Of a DNA stretch of 63,489 bases, positions 24,501 through 37,078 are shown piece after piece. Below the pieces are notes generated by a model that was not told the DNA's origin, searched no databases, and saw only the letters and a program-made list of their open reading frames with translations. The stretch comes from Chiloscyllium plagiosum. Taxonomy: Eukaryota. The stretch spans positions 25,969,257 through 26,032,745 of the forward strand of contig NC_057720.1 in assembly GCF_004010195.1 (NCBI RefSeq), written 5' to 3'. How positions within the stretch are numbered: the stretch's first letter is position 1; each line of letters starts with the position of its first letter. Made by a program: the position numbers and the translations under genes.

Positions 24501-26700
24501 CCTGCCCCTGTGAAACCCACGTCTCTGTTATGGCCACAATATCGTAGCCCCAAATACTGATCCATGGTCTAAGTTCATCACTCTTATTTCTGACACTTCT
24601 TGCGTTAAAGCAGACACACTTTAACTGATCCCTTAGTTTCATCACATGAGAAACCTTCCTGATAGCTTCCCTGCATCCTGTCACTGCCGCATCTACAACT
24701 GCCCCCCTCTCAGATATGCAGTTCTGATTCCCAACCCCCTGGCAAACTAGCTTAAATCCTCCCGAATCACACAAGCAAATCTACCACCCAGGACATTTGT
24801 ACCCCTCCAGTTCAGGTGCAACCCGTCCTTCATGCACATGTCCCACCTTCCCCAGAAGGCATCCCAATGGGCTAGGTATCTGAAGCCCTCCTTCCTGCAT
24901 CAGCCTCACAGCCATATGTTATGCTGCATTCGCTGACTGTTCTTAATCTCACTATCTCGGTAGCAAACCCGAGATCACTACTCTATTCGTCCTGCTCTTC
25001 AGCTTCCAACCTAACTCTCTGTAGTCACTTTTCAGATCCTGGCTATATCATTGGTGCCAATATGTACCACGATTTCTGGCTGCTCACCCTCTCCCTTCAG
25101 AATCCTGTAAACCCGAAGCCACCGGAGAGGCAACATACCTTCTGGGAGTCCCGTCCCTGACCACAAAACCTCCTGTCAATCCGTCTAACTATTGAGTCTC
25201 CTACAATTAGCACTTTTCTATTCCCATTCCTTCCCTTCTGAACCACAGTGCCAGGCTCAGTGCCAGAGACCTGACAACTCTGGCTTCCCCCAGTAGCCGT
25301 CCCCACCAGCAGTATCCAAAATGGTATACTTATTGCTGAGGGGAACGGCCACAGGGGATCCCTGCCCTATCTGTTGGTTCCCTTTCCTCCCCTTGACTGT
25401 AACCCAGCCATCCTTATCCTGTTTCTGAGGAGTGGCCACCTCCCTGTACATCCTCTCAATTTCTCCCTCAGCCTCCCGAATGATCTGTAGTTCATCCAGC
25501 TCTAGCTCCAGTTCCCTTACTCAGTTTTTGAGGAGCTGGAGTTGGGTGCACTTCCCGCAGATGTGGTCGGCAGAGACATGTGTAGTGTCTCTCACTTGCC
25601 ACATTCTGTAGGAGGAACATGCAACTGCCCTAACATCCATACCCTGCTACTCTGAAAGACCTGGTCATACAGAGGTGAAACTGGCAAATAACAGCAAGAC
25701 CTGTTCAACGGCAAACAAGTCTTCATGCCAAAAGCATTATGCCAAGGGACCATGACCATGTTACACCAGGGAAACATGGGTATTGAGTGCACACTATATT
25801 AAGCAAGTGAATTTGCCGAGTGGCCAGGGATGAATCAGAATATTCAATGACTTGTGAATGTGAGTGTCGCATGCCAAATGCACCGATCCCACCTGTGATG
25901 TTTCATTCAGCCCTTGGATGAAAGTAGCAACAGAAAGTGTGGGGAAGGTTATAAACTTGTGACAGATTACGTCTCAACATTTCCCATTGTTTCATAAATT
26001 AACAGCACAAGGACTGCAACCATTGTTGCCACAATGACTGTTATCTTCAGATTGTTCATTACCCAGGAATGGATATTGTCTGGCAAACAGGCGGTATGTG
26101 GTTCACGAGCAGATGATTTCAAAGCATACAGCTAAGTGCTGAGTGAGTCATAGCACATTGTCATAGAACAATGCATGCTCAAACAGACTAAGTAGACCAT
26201 ATGGTATATACTACAAACTCAATGATCATTAAGTGTCAAGCAACACAAATCCAGATTTTCACATTGCGTTGCTACATTTCATATAACACCAATGAAGAAG
26301 GGATTATTATCTCTCGCACAACTTTTGCTCAGACAGTAAGTGCTAATGACCTTGCCTAACAGTCAATTATCAAACTATTCTGAGGAGCAGATATTCTTCT
26401 TCAAAGACAAAGGAGAATGCAAGAGATACATGACCACTGTGCATGTAGAGTACTATCATAATTACACACTGGACAGAAAAGGTGAGTCAGAAATCCAAAT
26501 TCAAATACTTGTATGCCAACAAAGATTTCTAGAATATCCATTTAGCCCCGATCGTGCTAAATCATTAATGATCAGAGTGTTACAGTGTGAAGGAACAGGA
26601 ACCAGCTCAGACCAAGGTATGACATATCAATCATGGACAAAGTCAGAGTGAAGAAGAACATTCTCACTGTGATCATGATGTTGAATGAAAGCAACCAGCT
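21600..26700 (+). mobile_element. Decayed Ty3/Gypsy pol (integrase region) split by a CR1
   Basis: IIIQGWPDSIK before the CR1; WSYRGE, LFNGKQVFMPK..LHQGNMGIE, WPGMNQNI..AC, PWMKVAT, LVTDY, DFHIALLH after it. Confidence 0.75.
21844..25655 (-). mobile_element. Near-full-length CR1 LINE (ORF1 zinc finger plus SGNH esterase; ORF2 APE plus RT), disrupted
   Basis: ORF1 ATG at 25640 (MDVRAVACSS..CGKC; IVGDSIVR); ORF2 NARSVRNK, MGDFNFP, MDFSKAFD, GVPQGSVLGP, KFADDTK; 3' tail at 21844. Confidence 0.97.
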
Positions 26701-27860
26701 GCAAGGCAACCAAATTGTTAACCAAGAAAAACACAGAACAAAGTGGGACCTCAGAAATGTCCATCTTTTTCTCAACTGATGATATCCCACCACTGAGGTT
26801 GACAGGGCCCTTAACTATATCCGCCTCATTTCCCACACTTCTGCCCTCACCCCTTCTCTTCCCTCACACAACAATCGGATCCCCCTCATTCTCACTTTCC
26901 GCCCTACCAGCCTCAGCATCCAATGGTCCATAACCACATTTTTGACACCTCCAGCAGGATACCATAACTGGACACATAATCTCTCTTTTTAAAGAGCATT
27001 CTACAGGGACTATTCCCTCCTGAATACTTTGGTCCATTCCTCTTCCATTCCCAACACCTCCTCACACTCCTACAACACCATCCTATGTAACTGCAAAGAG
27101 TGTGTACCACTTGCTCATTTAACTCCCCCCTTCTCATTATTCAAGGCTCCAGGCACACCTTCCAGGTGAAGCAGCAATTTACCTCGGCTTCATTTAATCT
27201 AGTCTATTGTATTCACTGCTTACAATGCAATCTCCTCTACACCAGGGTGGTGAAATGTAGTCTGGGTAGCTACTTTAGAGAGTTACATCTCATCTTGCAC
27301 TTAAGAACCTTAAAGTCTTCAGGAGTCAACATTAAATTGAACAATTTTAGGGCATGACACCTCCTTTCATGTCTATTACCCATCCCCACAACCCAGGACC
27401 TGTCATGAAAAGGGTTGCTTCCAGCACAGCCAACCCATTTTCACCAAGTCATAGTCCCTATTATCGTCGACATAGCTCCTCTTCTTTAATAAAGCCCAGA
27501 ACTCCAGATGCTGGAAAGCTGAAACAAAAACAGAAATTGCTGGAGAAAGTCAGCAGGGTCTGGCAGTATCTATTGAGAGAAAGGAGAATTAACCTTTTGG
27601 ATCCAGTGATTCTTTTCTTTAATCACAGCTTCTCTGCTTCCCTGGTTTCCTAACAATCCTCCCTTTGTCTGCCTGCCATGTTTTCTCTCTCACTCTGGGC
27701 TCCATATCCATCTATCTGCTCATTTATTTTCCCCCATCTTTTCCTAGCTGTTGGACTCAAAGTGCTCACTCTGCATTTTTCTCCACAAATGCTGCAAGGC
27801 CTACTGAGTTTCTCCAGCAATTTCTGTTCTAAGTTGTTTCAGATGTCCAGCATCCACAGG
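26700..27860 (+). mobile_element. PLE 3' region (GIY-YIG remnant plus terminal repeats)
   Basis: FQVKQQFTSASFNLVYCIHCLQCNLLY; GVNIKLNNF; terminal-repeat copies ~27500-27610 (-) and ~27750-27860 (+). Confidence 0.8.
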
Positions 27861-27989
27861 TCTTTATTTTATAATGTATATCTCTCCAGACAGGTGTACA
27901 ATCACCAACCTAGGAAAAATCAACTTTTAATTATTAATCTTGTAAGCTCTCTTTGGCCTGCTTGTATAAATATCAAATTGACATCATGT

Positions 27990-28662
27990 ATTGATTTACG
28001 ATTCATGATTTTATTGTCATGCATATTTTACAGTGAAAACAACAGTGAAAAGCTTTTCCACAGTCGCCAAGATCTGACTCCATTTTGAATAGTTTTAAGA
28101 GTAAGAAACAAAAGAAGGATAAAGCGTGAAGAGAGTCTATCAGTGCTGAGCCAGCTCATCATAACGACACCCACACTGCCATTTCTCCTCCACCGCCTTG
28201 CCACTACACCGGACTCAATCAATGTTGAGGTTGCAATTCTTCAGACACCATTTGATGCCACTGGGCCGATTCTCCATTGCCACTGCCTCACCACTGCTAG
28301 CACCAAAACTGACAATGTCAGAGTCGCTGAGCCTACCTTGTCAATGTTGCTGTAACATCTTTCACCACCTATAGCGCCAGATCCAACCAACCACGAAGTC
28401 GCCAATCCTCAGGCCCCATCTTTCATTGCTGGGCCTACCTCGCCGAGGTAGCAGCCACCGATTCCGATGTCAGGTCTGTGCTCGCCTCAGAAAAGTAAGT
28501 AGGGGCTCACTCGCCACTGCAACAAAGTCAGTGCTGGGGCCCACTTGAGTCTGCACTGGGATTCCTCGCCTCAACGAGGAATGTAAGTAAAAGGAAGTAA
28601 GTAAGTAAAGCAAAGAAAATAGAAATAAAGAAAAGAAAAGCAGTTGAAGCAGAATCTCTACT
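27990..28662 (-). mobile_element. Unclassified non-autonomous retroposon with LINE-like 3' tail
   Basis: Minus-strand end ggcgactgtggaaaagcttttcactgt...gacaataaaatcatgaatc; GC/CpG-richer non-coding body. Confidence 0.45.
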
Positions 28663-28972
28663 GCGGTCACACGGTGGCTCAGTGGTTAGCACTGCTGCCT
28701 CATAGTACCAGGGTCCCATGTTTTGATTCCTGCCTCAGGCAACTGCCTCTGTGGAGTTTGCACATTTTCTCTGTGTCTGTGTGGGTTTCCTCTGGGTGCT
28801 CTGATTTCCTCCCACAATCCAAAAATGTGCAGGTCAGATGAATTGGCCATGCTAAATTGCTCATAGTGTTGGGTGCATTAGTCAGAGGGAAATGCGTCTG
28901 GGTGGATTGCTCTTCAGAGGGTTGATGTGGACTGGTTGGGCCAAAGGGTCTGTTTCTACACTGTTGGGAATC
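28663..28972 (+). mobile_element. HE1-type V-SINE
   Basis: cacggtggctcagtggttagcactgctgcctca head, V domain and tail. Confidence 0.92.
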
Positions 28973-30419
28973 TAAAAACTCTTGGATCAGGACCCCTACT
29001 CTGCCATGTATATCTGTTGGCATTTTATCTTCTCTTTGGAAATAGGGGAATGCAGTGTTATGCCTCCTCGTTAATATGTGATGTAGCTTTAAGAGACATG
29101 CTCATCATATCATCACTGCGTGATCGTGTGTGATATAAAATTATAAATGTCTCCAACTCCATCTTAATTGGGCCCACATGAAGCAAAGCCCCTGTGACTG
29201 TAATCTTTTATACATCAGACTTTGTTGAATCATTTGATGCAGTATTATACACATCTAGGTCTTAGTTATGGGAGCTAATGTAATCATTGTCACATCAGAT
29301 ACAAATAATCTGCTGCAGGCAAAGCCTTGACCATGATGGCTGTTCATCTTTGTCAGGTTGTAACCTGTATTCAACAGCAAGAGAAATGGGTTTGATGAAC
29401 ACCATACCGTTCCCTACTGCTTCAGTGGGAAATCTACATCACAGTTTGCTGTAGAGCTGATATAATTAGTGGCAATGAATCAGAAGGGGCACAGCCAATG
29501 TCACATACCAACCCAGGTTTTTGGATGGTATTTGCTTTTTGAAAGTATTGTTTAGGGAATCCAGCAATTAAGAATGTTAAGTAGTTGAATCCCTAGTCAT
29601 AGGCACATTTCTACAGTCCAGATTTTATTGTTGTAAAGATGACAGTGACAATACTGTCATACTGATCCATAAAGATAATCTTTGAAAAGGTAATTGCCAA
29701 GCCTTGCACTATACTAAATGCATAACTTTTGTCTATATTCACTGCAATTAATTTGTGAAATGCTTAGGAACTTCCGTCATTCTTAATTGTGAAGTTCAGA
29801 CGTTTGTTATGTTTTGGTACTTTGCCTTTAGCTTCTGGTGAATTGAAAAGGGTCATGTGACCAGGTCTGATGTCTGCCTACAATAAATCTGGGAGATTTG
29901 ATTCTTAGTTATTAAAGGGGACCCAGATTATTTTGCTCGGGGCAGGAAGCTGCAAGGTGTCTCCATTTACAGACAATGTTTCAAACATAAATAGACTTCT
30001 CTAAAATCCCAGAAAAGTGTTGAGAATGTTATTTTTGCAAACAGTTGCATTTTAAGCTGTCAATGTACTGGCATGATAAAAGGATAACTCAACAGCCTTT
30101 ACATCTGGATACAAGGCCCATGTGCAATGATGGCTTTGAGATGGGAACAAACCAAAGAAACTAATTTTGATATTGAGTTATGGGCTTGCTTAATGTAACA
30201 CCATTTATCACACAGTTTAGTTCACCAGTGTTCAGGAGAGAGAGAAAGCAACTAAAGATCAAAGATCTGTATGGAGCATTGGTGGAGGTTGATGCTCAGA
30301 TTGATAAGAACAAATCTGTGAGGAGTTAAAGTGAAGTTGGAACTTCTTTGAACTGCAGCAGGATTTCACAACCTTTTCCCCCACTGTGGCCCCATAATGA
30401 GGCTCAAAATTGTAACCAC

Positions 30420-30770
30420 TGACACTCAGAAGCAGCAGCGCATGCTACCTGCAAGATGCACTGCAGAAATTTACCAAAGATCCTTAGCCAACACCTTCCA
30501 AACGCACAACCTTTTCCATATAGAAGGACTAGGACAGTAGATACATGGGAAGACCATTAGTTGCAAGATGGAAATAAAACACCATTCCTTCACTGTCGTT
30601 GGGTCAAAATTCTGGAATTCCCCCCTTTAAAAGGCACTGTGGGTCACCATTCAGCACATGGACTGCAGCAGTTCAAGATGGCAGCTCACCACCACCTTCT
30701 TACGGGTAACTAGGGATGGGCAATAAATATTGGCCAACTAACAGCACTCACATCCCCACAAGTGAATAAC
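30420..30770 (+). mobile_element. CR1/L2-superclade LINE 3' end
   Basis: gactgcagcagttcaagatggcagctcaccaccacctt...tagggatgggcaataaat; same family as 62790-63185. Confidence 0.75.
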
Positions 30771-30799
30771 CACTCAGTGAGAACTGTAAGATTTTTTTT

Positions 30800-31130
30800 T
30801 AGAATCCCTAAAGTGTGGAAACAGGCCCTTTGGCCCAACAACTCCCCAGTAGCTCTCTGAAGAGTAACCCATCCCCCTATTATTCTTTATGCACGCCTGA
30901 CTAATGCACCTACACATCCTGAACACTATGAGCAATTTAGCAAGGTTAATTCACCTAAGCTGCACATCTTTAGATTGTGGGAGGAAACCCACACAAACAC
31001 AGGGAGAATTTGCAAACTCCACAGTGGCCTGAGGCAGGAATACTGATGAAGGGTTTTTGCCCGAAATGTCGATTTTCCTACTCCTCAGACGCTGCCTGAA
31101 CTGCTGTGCTTTTCCAACACCACTCTACTC
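30800..31130. mobile_element. HE1 (-, ~30800-31040) abutting a PLE family-A arm (+, ~31043-31130)
   Basis: HE1 consensus; ctgatgaagggtttttgcccgaaatgtc. Confidence 0.8.
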
Positions 31131-31139
31131 CAGAGTTCT

Positions 31140-32422
31140 ATGGTGTCCACTACTGCTTTTGAGTTCAGGACCAGCACCACAGGTATCAGTGCTGGAGTCA
31201 CAATTATTTACAACACATATTAATGACTTCGACATAGATGGTCAATGTATTAGAACTATGTTTGTGGATGACACGAAATAAATGGGAAGGCAAATGGTAA
31301 TGATAACTCAAAGAGTATGCTGAGAGATATGGACAGATTAAGTATATGGGTTAAAAACTTGACAGATGGAATATATCCAGGAGAATGGGAGGTTATGCAG
31401 GAAGGATAAAGGAGCTGAATATTATTTCAAGGGGAAAAGGCAGCAAATAGTAACAGAACAGAGGGATTCGGAAGTTCTTATCCATGAATCATAAAAAGCT
31501 CACATCCAATTTGAGGAGGTAATAGGGAAGGCAAATGAAATGTCGACGTTTATTTCAAAGGGAATGGAATGTAAAAGTAGGATGATTACAGCTGGTCCAC
31601 AGTTGGAATACTGTGAACAATCTTGAGTCATTTATCTAAGAAAAGATGTACTGGCAGTGGAGGCAGTCCAAAAAAGGTTCCTTCAGCTGATCCTTGGTAC
31701 GGCAAGATTGTCTTATGAGGAGCGGTTGAGTGCACAGTAGAATATAGAAAAATGAGAGGCAACACTATTGAAACATACATAATTCCTTTAGGATTTGACA
31801 AGGGAGATGTTTACAGGTTGTTTGCCCTGAGGAAGGGTCAAGAACCAGAATAAGGGGTCGCATATTTAAGACCAGGGTGAGGAAGAACTTCTTCTCTCAG
31901 AGGAATCTGTGGATTTTTTTTTACCAAAGAGGGCTTTTGAGACTAGAACATAGAACATATAGAACATAGAACATAGAACAATACAGCACAGAACAGGCCC
32001 TTCGGCCCAGCTCCGGTTTCCTCCCGCAGTCCAAAGATGTGCAGGGTCAGGTGAATTGGCCATGCTAAATTGCCCCTAGTGTTAGGCAAGGGGTAAATGT
32101 AGGGGTATGGGTGGGTTGCGCTTCGGCGGGTCGGTGTGGACTTGTTGGGCCGAAGGGCCTGTTTCCACACTGTAATGTAATCTAATCTAAAAACCTACCC
32201 CTGACATCCCCCCTATACCTTCCACCCTTCACCTTAAATTTATGTCTGGATCATTAAGTAAATGCAGGGCTGAGCTAGATAGGTTTTTAATCAGTAAGGG
32301 AATTAAAGGTTGTTGAAAAAAGGCAGGAAAGTAGATGATCAGATCAGCCATGATCTCATTGAATGGCAAAGCCGACTCAATGGGCTGAATGGCCTCCTTC
32401 TGCTCCTGGATCTTATGGTTTT
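31140..32422 (+). mobile_element. Old CR1 RT/3' region with a nested minus-strand CR1 end and 5'-truncated HE1 (32010-32189)
   Basis: FVDDTK, LEYC motifs; (agaacat)n at 31945-31980; HE1 3' half with taatct tail. Confidence 0.8.
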
Positions 32423-33002
32423 ATGGGCCAATGGACCTCAAAGTTTGCAATTCTTCTTGCGATCCCAACCCCCACTTTGCGAAAGGGAAAGGGAATATCT
32501 CCTGCAGTACTCTCATGATGAGGGACAGTTCTGTAGTTAGAAAGTCTAAGAGCAAGAATGGAAAGGAATAGAAGTAAACCTTTGGCAGTAAAGAATTATT
32601 TTAGGCTTATTCTTGGAGAATTTAATGTTGGCTTAAAGAACAGTGTAATGTTTTCCCTGATAATTGGTCACTTGGCTGTGGTAAAAGTAAAAAGGGGATA
32701 TTCCATTTTGTGGCGTTTTCATTAACTACAAATATAATGTTTCAATGGAACCTTTGGTTTTCAAATGTCTCAACACATGAAACATGTCATTATTTTGGCT
32801 GTCAATTTGAACTTCAAATTTATTTTTAAGAGGGTCTCTATGGAAATTGTTGTAATGAACAGACAATTAATCACAGAAATGCACAAGTTACTGTAAGTGA
32901 TAATTAACTCGTCTGCAATTTTGTATTATTCAAGTTCATACAGATGGAAATCTTCAGAAATTATTGAACTGGCAGAGCATGCTCTGCTCTGGCATAACTT
33001 GT

Positions 33003-33124
33003 AGAAAGTGAGGACTGCAGATGTTGGAGATTAGAGTCGAGAGTGTGGTGCTGGAAAAGCACAGCAGGTCAGGCAGCATCTGAGAAGCAGGAGAATCAAC
33101 GGTTTGGGCATAAGCCCTTCATCA
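33003..33124 (-). mobile_element. PLE terminal repeat, family A, single arm
   Basis: gaaagtgaggactgcagatg...gggcataagcccttcatca. Confidence 0.85.
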
Positions 33125-33343
33125 AAAAAAACTTAGAAAGTTATTTCTAGCTAAAGAAGTACAACTAGTTTTCTAGTGATATTCTAACTACTGATGATCA
33201 ATCTCTTTAGCCCTGGAAAACTAATTTCATACTTGTGGGATGTCAAATGTTTCCATTATGATGAAAACATCCTGTTTTAAGAGTTTTTTGATGTTTCATC
33301 TTTCTGTCTACGTCATATTGCATCAACACTTTTTTTTTGTTCA

Positions 33344-33656
33344 TGGGCGGCACAGTGGCACAGTGGTTAGCACTGCTGCCTCACAGTGCCAGAGACCTGG
33401 GTTCACTTCCTGCCTCTGGTGACTCTCTGTGTGGAGTTGGCACATTCCCCCCGTGTTTGCGTGGGTTTCCTCCGGGTGCTCTGGTTTCCTCCTACAATCC
33501 AAAAAAAATGTGCAGGTTAGGTGAATTGGCCATGCTAAATTGCCCGTAGTGTTAGGTAAATGTAGGGGAATGGGTCTGGGTGGGTTGCACTTCGGCGGGT
33601 CGGTGTGCACTTGTTGGGCCGAAGGGCTTGTTTCCACAGTGTAAGTAATCTAATCT
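33344..33656 (+). mobile_element. HE1-type V-SINE, full length
   Basis: gggcggcacagtggcacagtggttagc...gtaagtaatctaatct. Confidence 0.95.
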
Positions 33657-33884
33657 GACAAAACGTAGGCATCACTGGCTGGGCCAATGTTTATTTGTTG
33701 CCCTTGGGAGCTGCCTTTTTTAAACCATTTCAGCCATTTTGTGCAGGTGCCATTAGGGACTGAATTCTAGGACTTTGTCCAGTGCCACTGAAGGAATGAT
33801 AGATTATTTCCAAGTCTTGATAGTGACTTTACTTCTTGGTTTTCCTTCCTATGATAATTCCTCTACGTAACGAGCATAAGGGTA

Positions 33885-33975
33885 AACTTGTGGTGTAGTG
33901 GTAATGTTCCTGCCTTCGACCAGGAAGTCTAGGTTCAAGCCCCATATGCTTCAGAGGTGTATAATAATGTATTTT
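33885..33975 (+). mobile_element. tRNA-derived SINE head fragment
   Basis: A box tggtgtagtgg and B box ggttcaagccc, without a clean cloverleaf. Confidence 0.5.
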
Positions 33976-33984
33976 TGGAGATAA

Positions 33985-35095
33985 ACGAGTGCTATTCTGG
34001 CTGACAATCAGTGACTGGTGGTGTGCCTCAAGGATCGGTGTTGGGACCACAATTATTTACAATTTATCTAGATGATTTGGAGATGGGGACCATGTGTATG
34101 GTGTCAAAATTATCCGATGACACTAAGATGAGTGGCAGAGCAAAGTGTGCAGAGGACTGTAACACTTTGCAGAGGAACATAGATACTTTGAGTGAGTGGA
34201 CAAAGGTCTAGCAGATGGAATACGAAGTTAGTAAATGTGAAGTCATACATTTTGATAGGAGTAACAGCAAAATAGATTATTACTTGAATTGTAAAAATTG
34301 CAGCATGCTGATTTGCAGAGGGACCTGGGTGTCCTTGTGCATGAATCACAGAAGGTTTGTCTGCAGGTGCAGGAGGTAATTAGGAAGGCAAATGGAATGT
34401 TGTCCTTCATTGCTAAAGGTGTTGAGTTTAAAAGCAGAGAGGTAATATTACAGCTGTACAAGGTGCTGATGAAGCCACACTTGGAGTACTGCATGCAGTT
34501 TCAGTCATCTTACTTAAGAAAGGATGTACTGGCACTAGAGGGGGTGCAGAGGAGGTTCACTAGGTTGATTCCGGAGTTGAGGCCATTAGCTTATGAGGAG
34601 AGACTGAGTAGATTGACATTACATTCATTAGAATTCAGAAAAATGAGGGGAGATCTTATAGAAGCATATAGAATTATGAAGGGAATCAATAAAATAGTAA
34701 TAGATAGGAGCTGCTCGTCGGATGCTGCCTGAATTGCTGTGCTCTTCCAGCACCACTAATCCAGAAGGAAGTTTCCACTGCTAGGTGAGACTAGGACAAA
34801 AGGGCATGCCCTCAAGATTAGAGGAAGCAGGTTTAGAACTGAGCTAAAAAGGGACTTCTTCACCCAGAGGGTTGTTAATCTATGGAATTCCTTGCCCAGG
34901 GAAGTAGTTGATGCTACTTCAATAATCGCTTTCAAAGCTAAAGTAGATACTTATTTGAAAAATAAAGGAATTAAGGGATATGGTGAAAACGTGGGTAAAT
35001 GGAACTGAGTCCATGAGAGGAATAGCCATGATCTTATTGAGTAGCAGAGCAGGCTCGAAGGGCCTAGTTTGAGCTCCTACTTCCTATGTTCTTCT
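33985..35095 (+). mobile_element. CR1 RT plus 3' end, with a short PLE fragment at ~34709-34765
   Basis: GVPQGSVLGPQLF, KLSDDTK, RDLGVLV, HLEYC, RGDLIE. Confidence 0.95.
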
Positions 35096-35275
35096 GTTCT
35101 ACATGAGTTGCTGCTAACCCTGTTTGATAAGTCATTGTTGTTGTTTGCCTCGGGATTCCTTTGGACTCAATGCCAGATTCAAATTAATGTTGGGGAAGGG
35201 GAAATCAGAGATGTTTAGATCTTGGTAGAGTAAGTCTTTTTTGAGGTCAGCTATGTGTGTTGTCTTTTTACTATT

Positions 35276-35489
35276 GATTTGGAGATGCTGGTGTTGGACT
35301 GGGTGTACAAAGTTAAAAAAAATCACACAACGCCAGGTTATAGTTCAATAGGTCGATTTAGGAGCACTAGCTTTCAGAGTGCTGCTCCTTCATCAGATGA
35401 TGAACCACCTGATGAAGGAGCAGCGCTCCGAAAGCTAGTACTTCCAAATAAACCTGTTGGACTATAACCTGGTGCTGTGAGATTTTTAA
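35276..35489. mobile_element. Self-inverted PLE terminal-repeat insertion, family B
   Basis: Inverted arms; 12-bp TSD CTTTTTACTATT at 35264-35275 and 35490-35501. Confidence 0.88.
35409..35437 (+). ncRNA. Minimal type I hammerhead ribozyme core (family B)
   Basis: CTGATGA-A-GGAGC-agc-GCTCC-GAAA-GC-TA; AGCT palindrome at stem III. Confidence 0.7.
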
Positions 35490-36536
35490 CTTTTTACTAT
35501 TAACTGCAATATCTGGGCCTATGTATTTTAAATTAAATAGTAATATAAACTCAATAATTATAACCATTGTTACCTGTCGGTCTTTTGCGTAGAGAAGACT
35601 TTCACATCATAAATCATCATAACTTCAGAGAATTTCCATTGGGCACCATCTCTCTGATATAACATGAAATGCTGCTGCCTCTTGCTTAACAAGGCTTAAA
35701 CTATAATTGGAAAAATACTCAACTGATCAAGAGGGAGAGCAGTCGCTGTGAAATGTGGTTATGTGGCCTTTCAATGAATGATAATCACTCATTTTCAATT
35801 ATCCACATATCGCTGGCATTTAATTATAATTCTGAAAGTAGCAAAAACATTTCAACCTCAACAAATTCAAAAGGTGAATGCAACTAACTTCAAATTCACA
35901 TTGCATCTCATGCATTTTTTTTTTACTAAGGACATCTTTTCATCTTGTTCTTTGGATATATCATTTAACTGCTCTCTATGTTAAATAAAAAAAAACTCTG
36001 AGGAATGGATTATAAAATTCATAACCACAGAAAAAAAAGTATATTTCGTGAATGCCTGCTGGAGTGCTCAGAAATGTGGTTTCGAACTTGATTGATGAGG
36101 ATAAGTCTGGGAATTCTCTTTGGATTGATCTTGTTTGCACTAAATGTGGATAATGAGGCATCAGAAGTAACCATATTGAATAAACACATAAATCAGACTG
36201 CTGCTTGGTCTTCAACACCATGATTTTCCAGTTTAAGTGGCAGTGCTGAGAAAACTGGCTTAAAATGCGATGAATTTGCAATCACTTGATGTTATGGAGG
36301 CTGGGGGGGGCAAGCCTATGACAATTAGATTTTTTCAACATGAGTTTTTGTGGATCAGTGCACAGACTCATTAAATTAGGAGGTAAGGAGATACTCCATT
36401 TAGTTCCTTTAATTTTGTCTCCAGTAGCCAGTAACTATTTTTGCCTCAAAGCTAAGAAATGGCCACTTTCAATTTCTTGCCAGAATTTTGCAACTAATTA
36501 ACTCATCAAACAAATAAACAAGGCTAAATAGACATT

Positions 36537-36662
36537 CCTGAAGAAGGGCTAATGCCCGAAACGTCGATTCTCCTGTTCCTTGGATGCTGCCTGACCTGCT
36601 GCGCTTTTCCAGCAACACATTTTCAGCTCTGACCTCCAGCATCTGCAGCCCTCACTTTCTCT
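36537..36662 (+). mobile_element. PLE family-A single-arm insertion
   Basis: Perfect 13-bp TSD CTAAATAGACATT at 36524-36536 and 36663-36675. Confidence 0.9.
36538..36565 (+). ncRNA. Minimal type I hammerhead ribozyme core
   Basis: CTGAAGA-A-GGGC-taat-GCCC-GAAA-C-GTC. Confidence 0.7.
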
Positions 36663-36774
36663 CTAAATAGACATTGCCGACAAGTGATGAAATAACACGA
36701 TAAGATGTGAGAGTTTGTGGATTGTGTTGTGATCTCAGACAATCCTATCGATGTTCAATGCAAATGTTAAATCG

Positions 36775-37078
36775 AGAGAACAGCAGATGCTGGAAATCAG
36801 AAACAAAAATAGAAATTGCTGGAAAATCTCAGTATTCTCCGATGCTGACTGTTATCCACTCCATTGTCTGTCCAACTGTTCTTCTCTCTTTTTGGGCTCT
36901 ATCTCCACCTATCATTTCCTTCATTCCCCCATCTTATCTTCAACATATATACCAACGTTTTTCCAGGTACCACCAGTTCTGAAGAAGGGTCACTAGACCC
37001 GAAATGTTAACTTTGATTTCTCTCCACAGCTGCTGCCAGACCTGCTGAGATTTTCCAGCAATTTCAGTTTTCATTTCT
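36775..37078. mobile_element. PLE family-C terminal repeats, partly inverted; hammerhead-like core at 36979-37008
   Basis: agtt-CTGAAGA-A-GGGTC-acta-GACCC-GAAA-T-GTT-aact (4-bp stem I). Confidence 0.75.
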
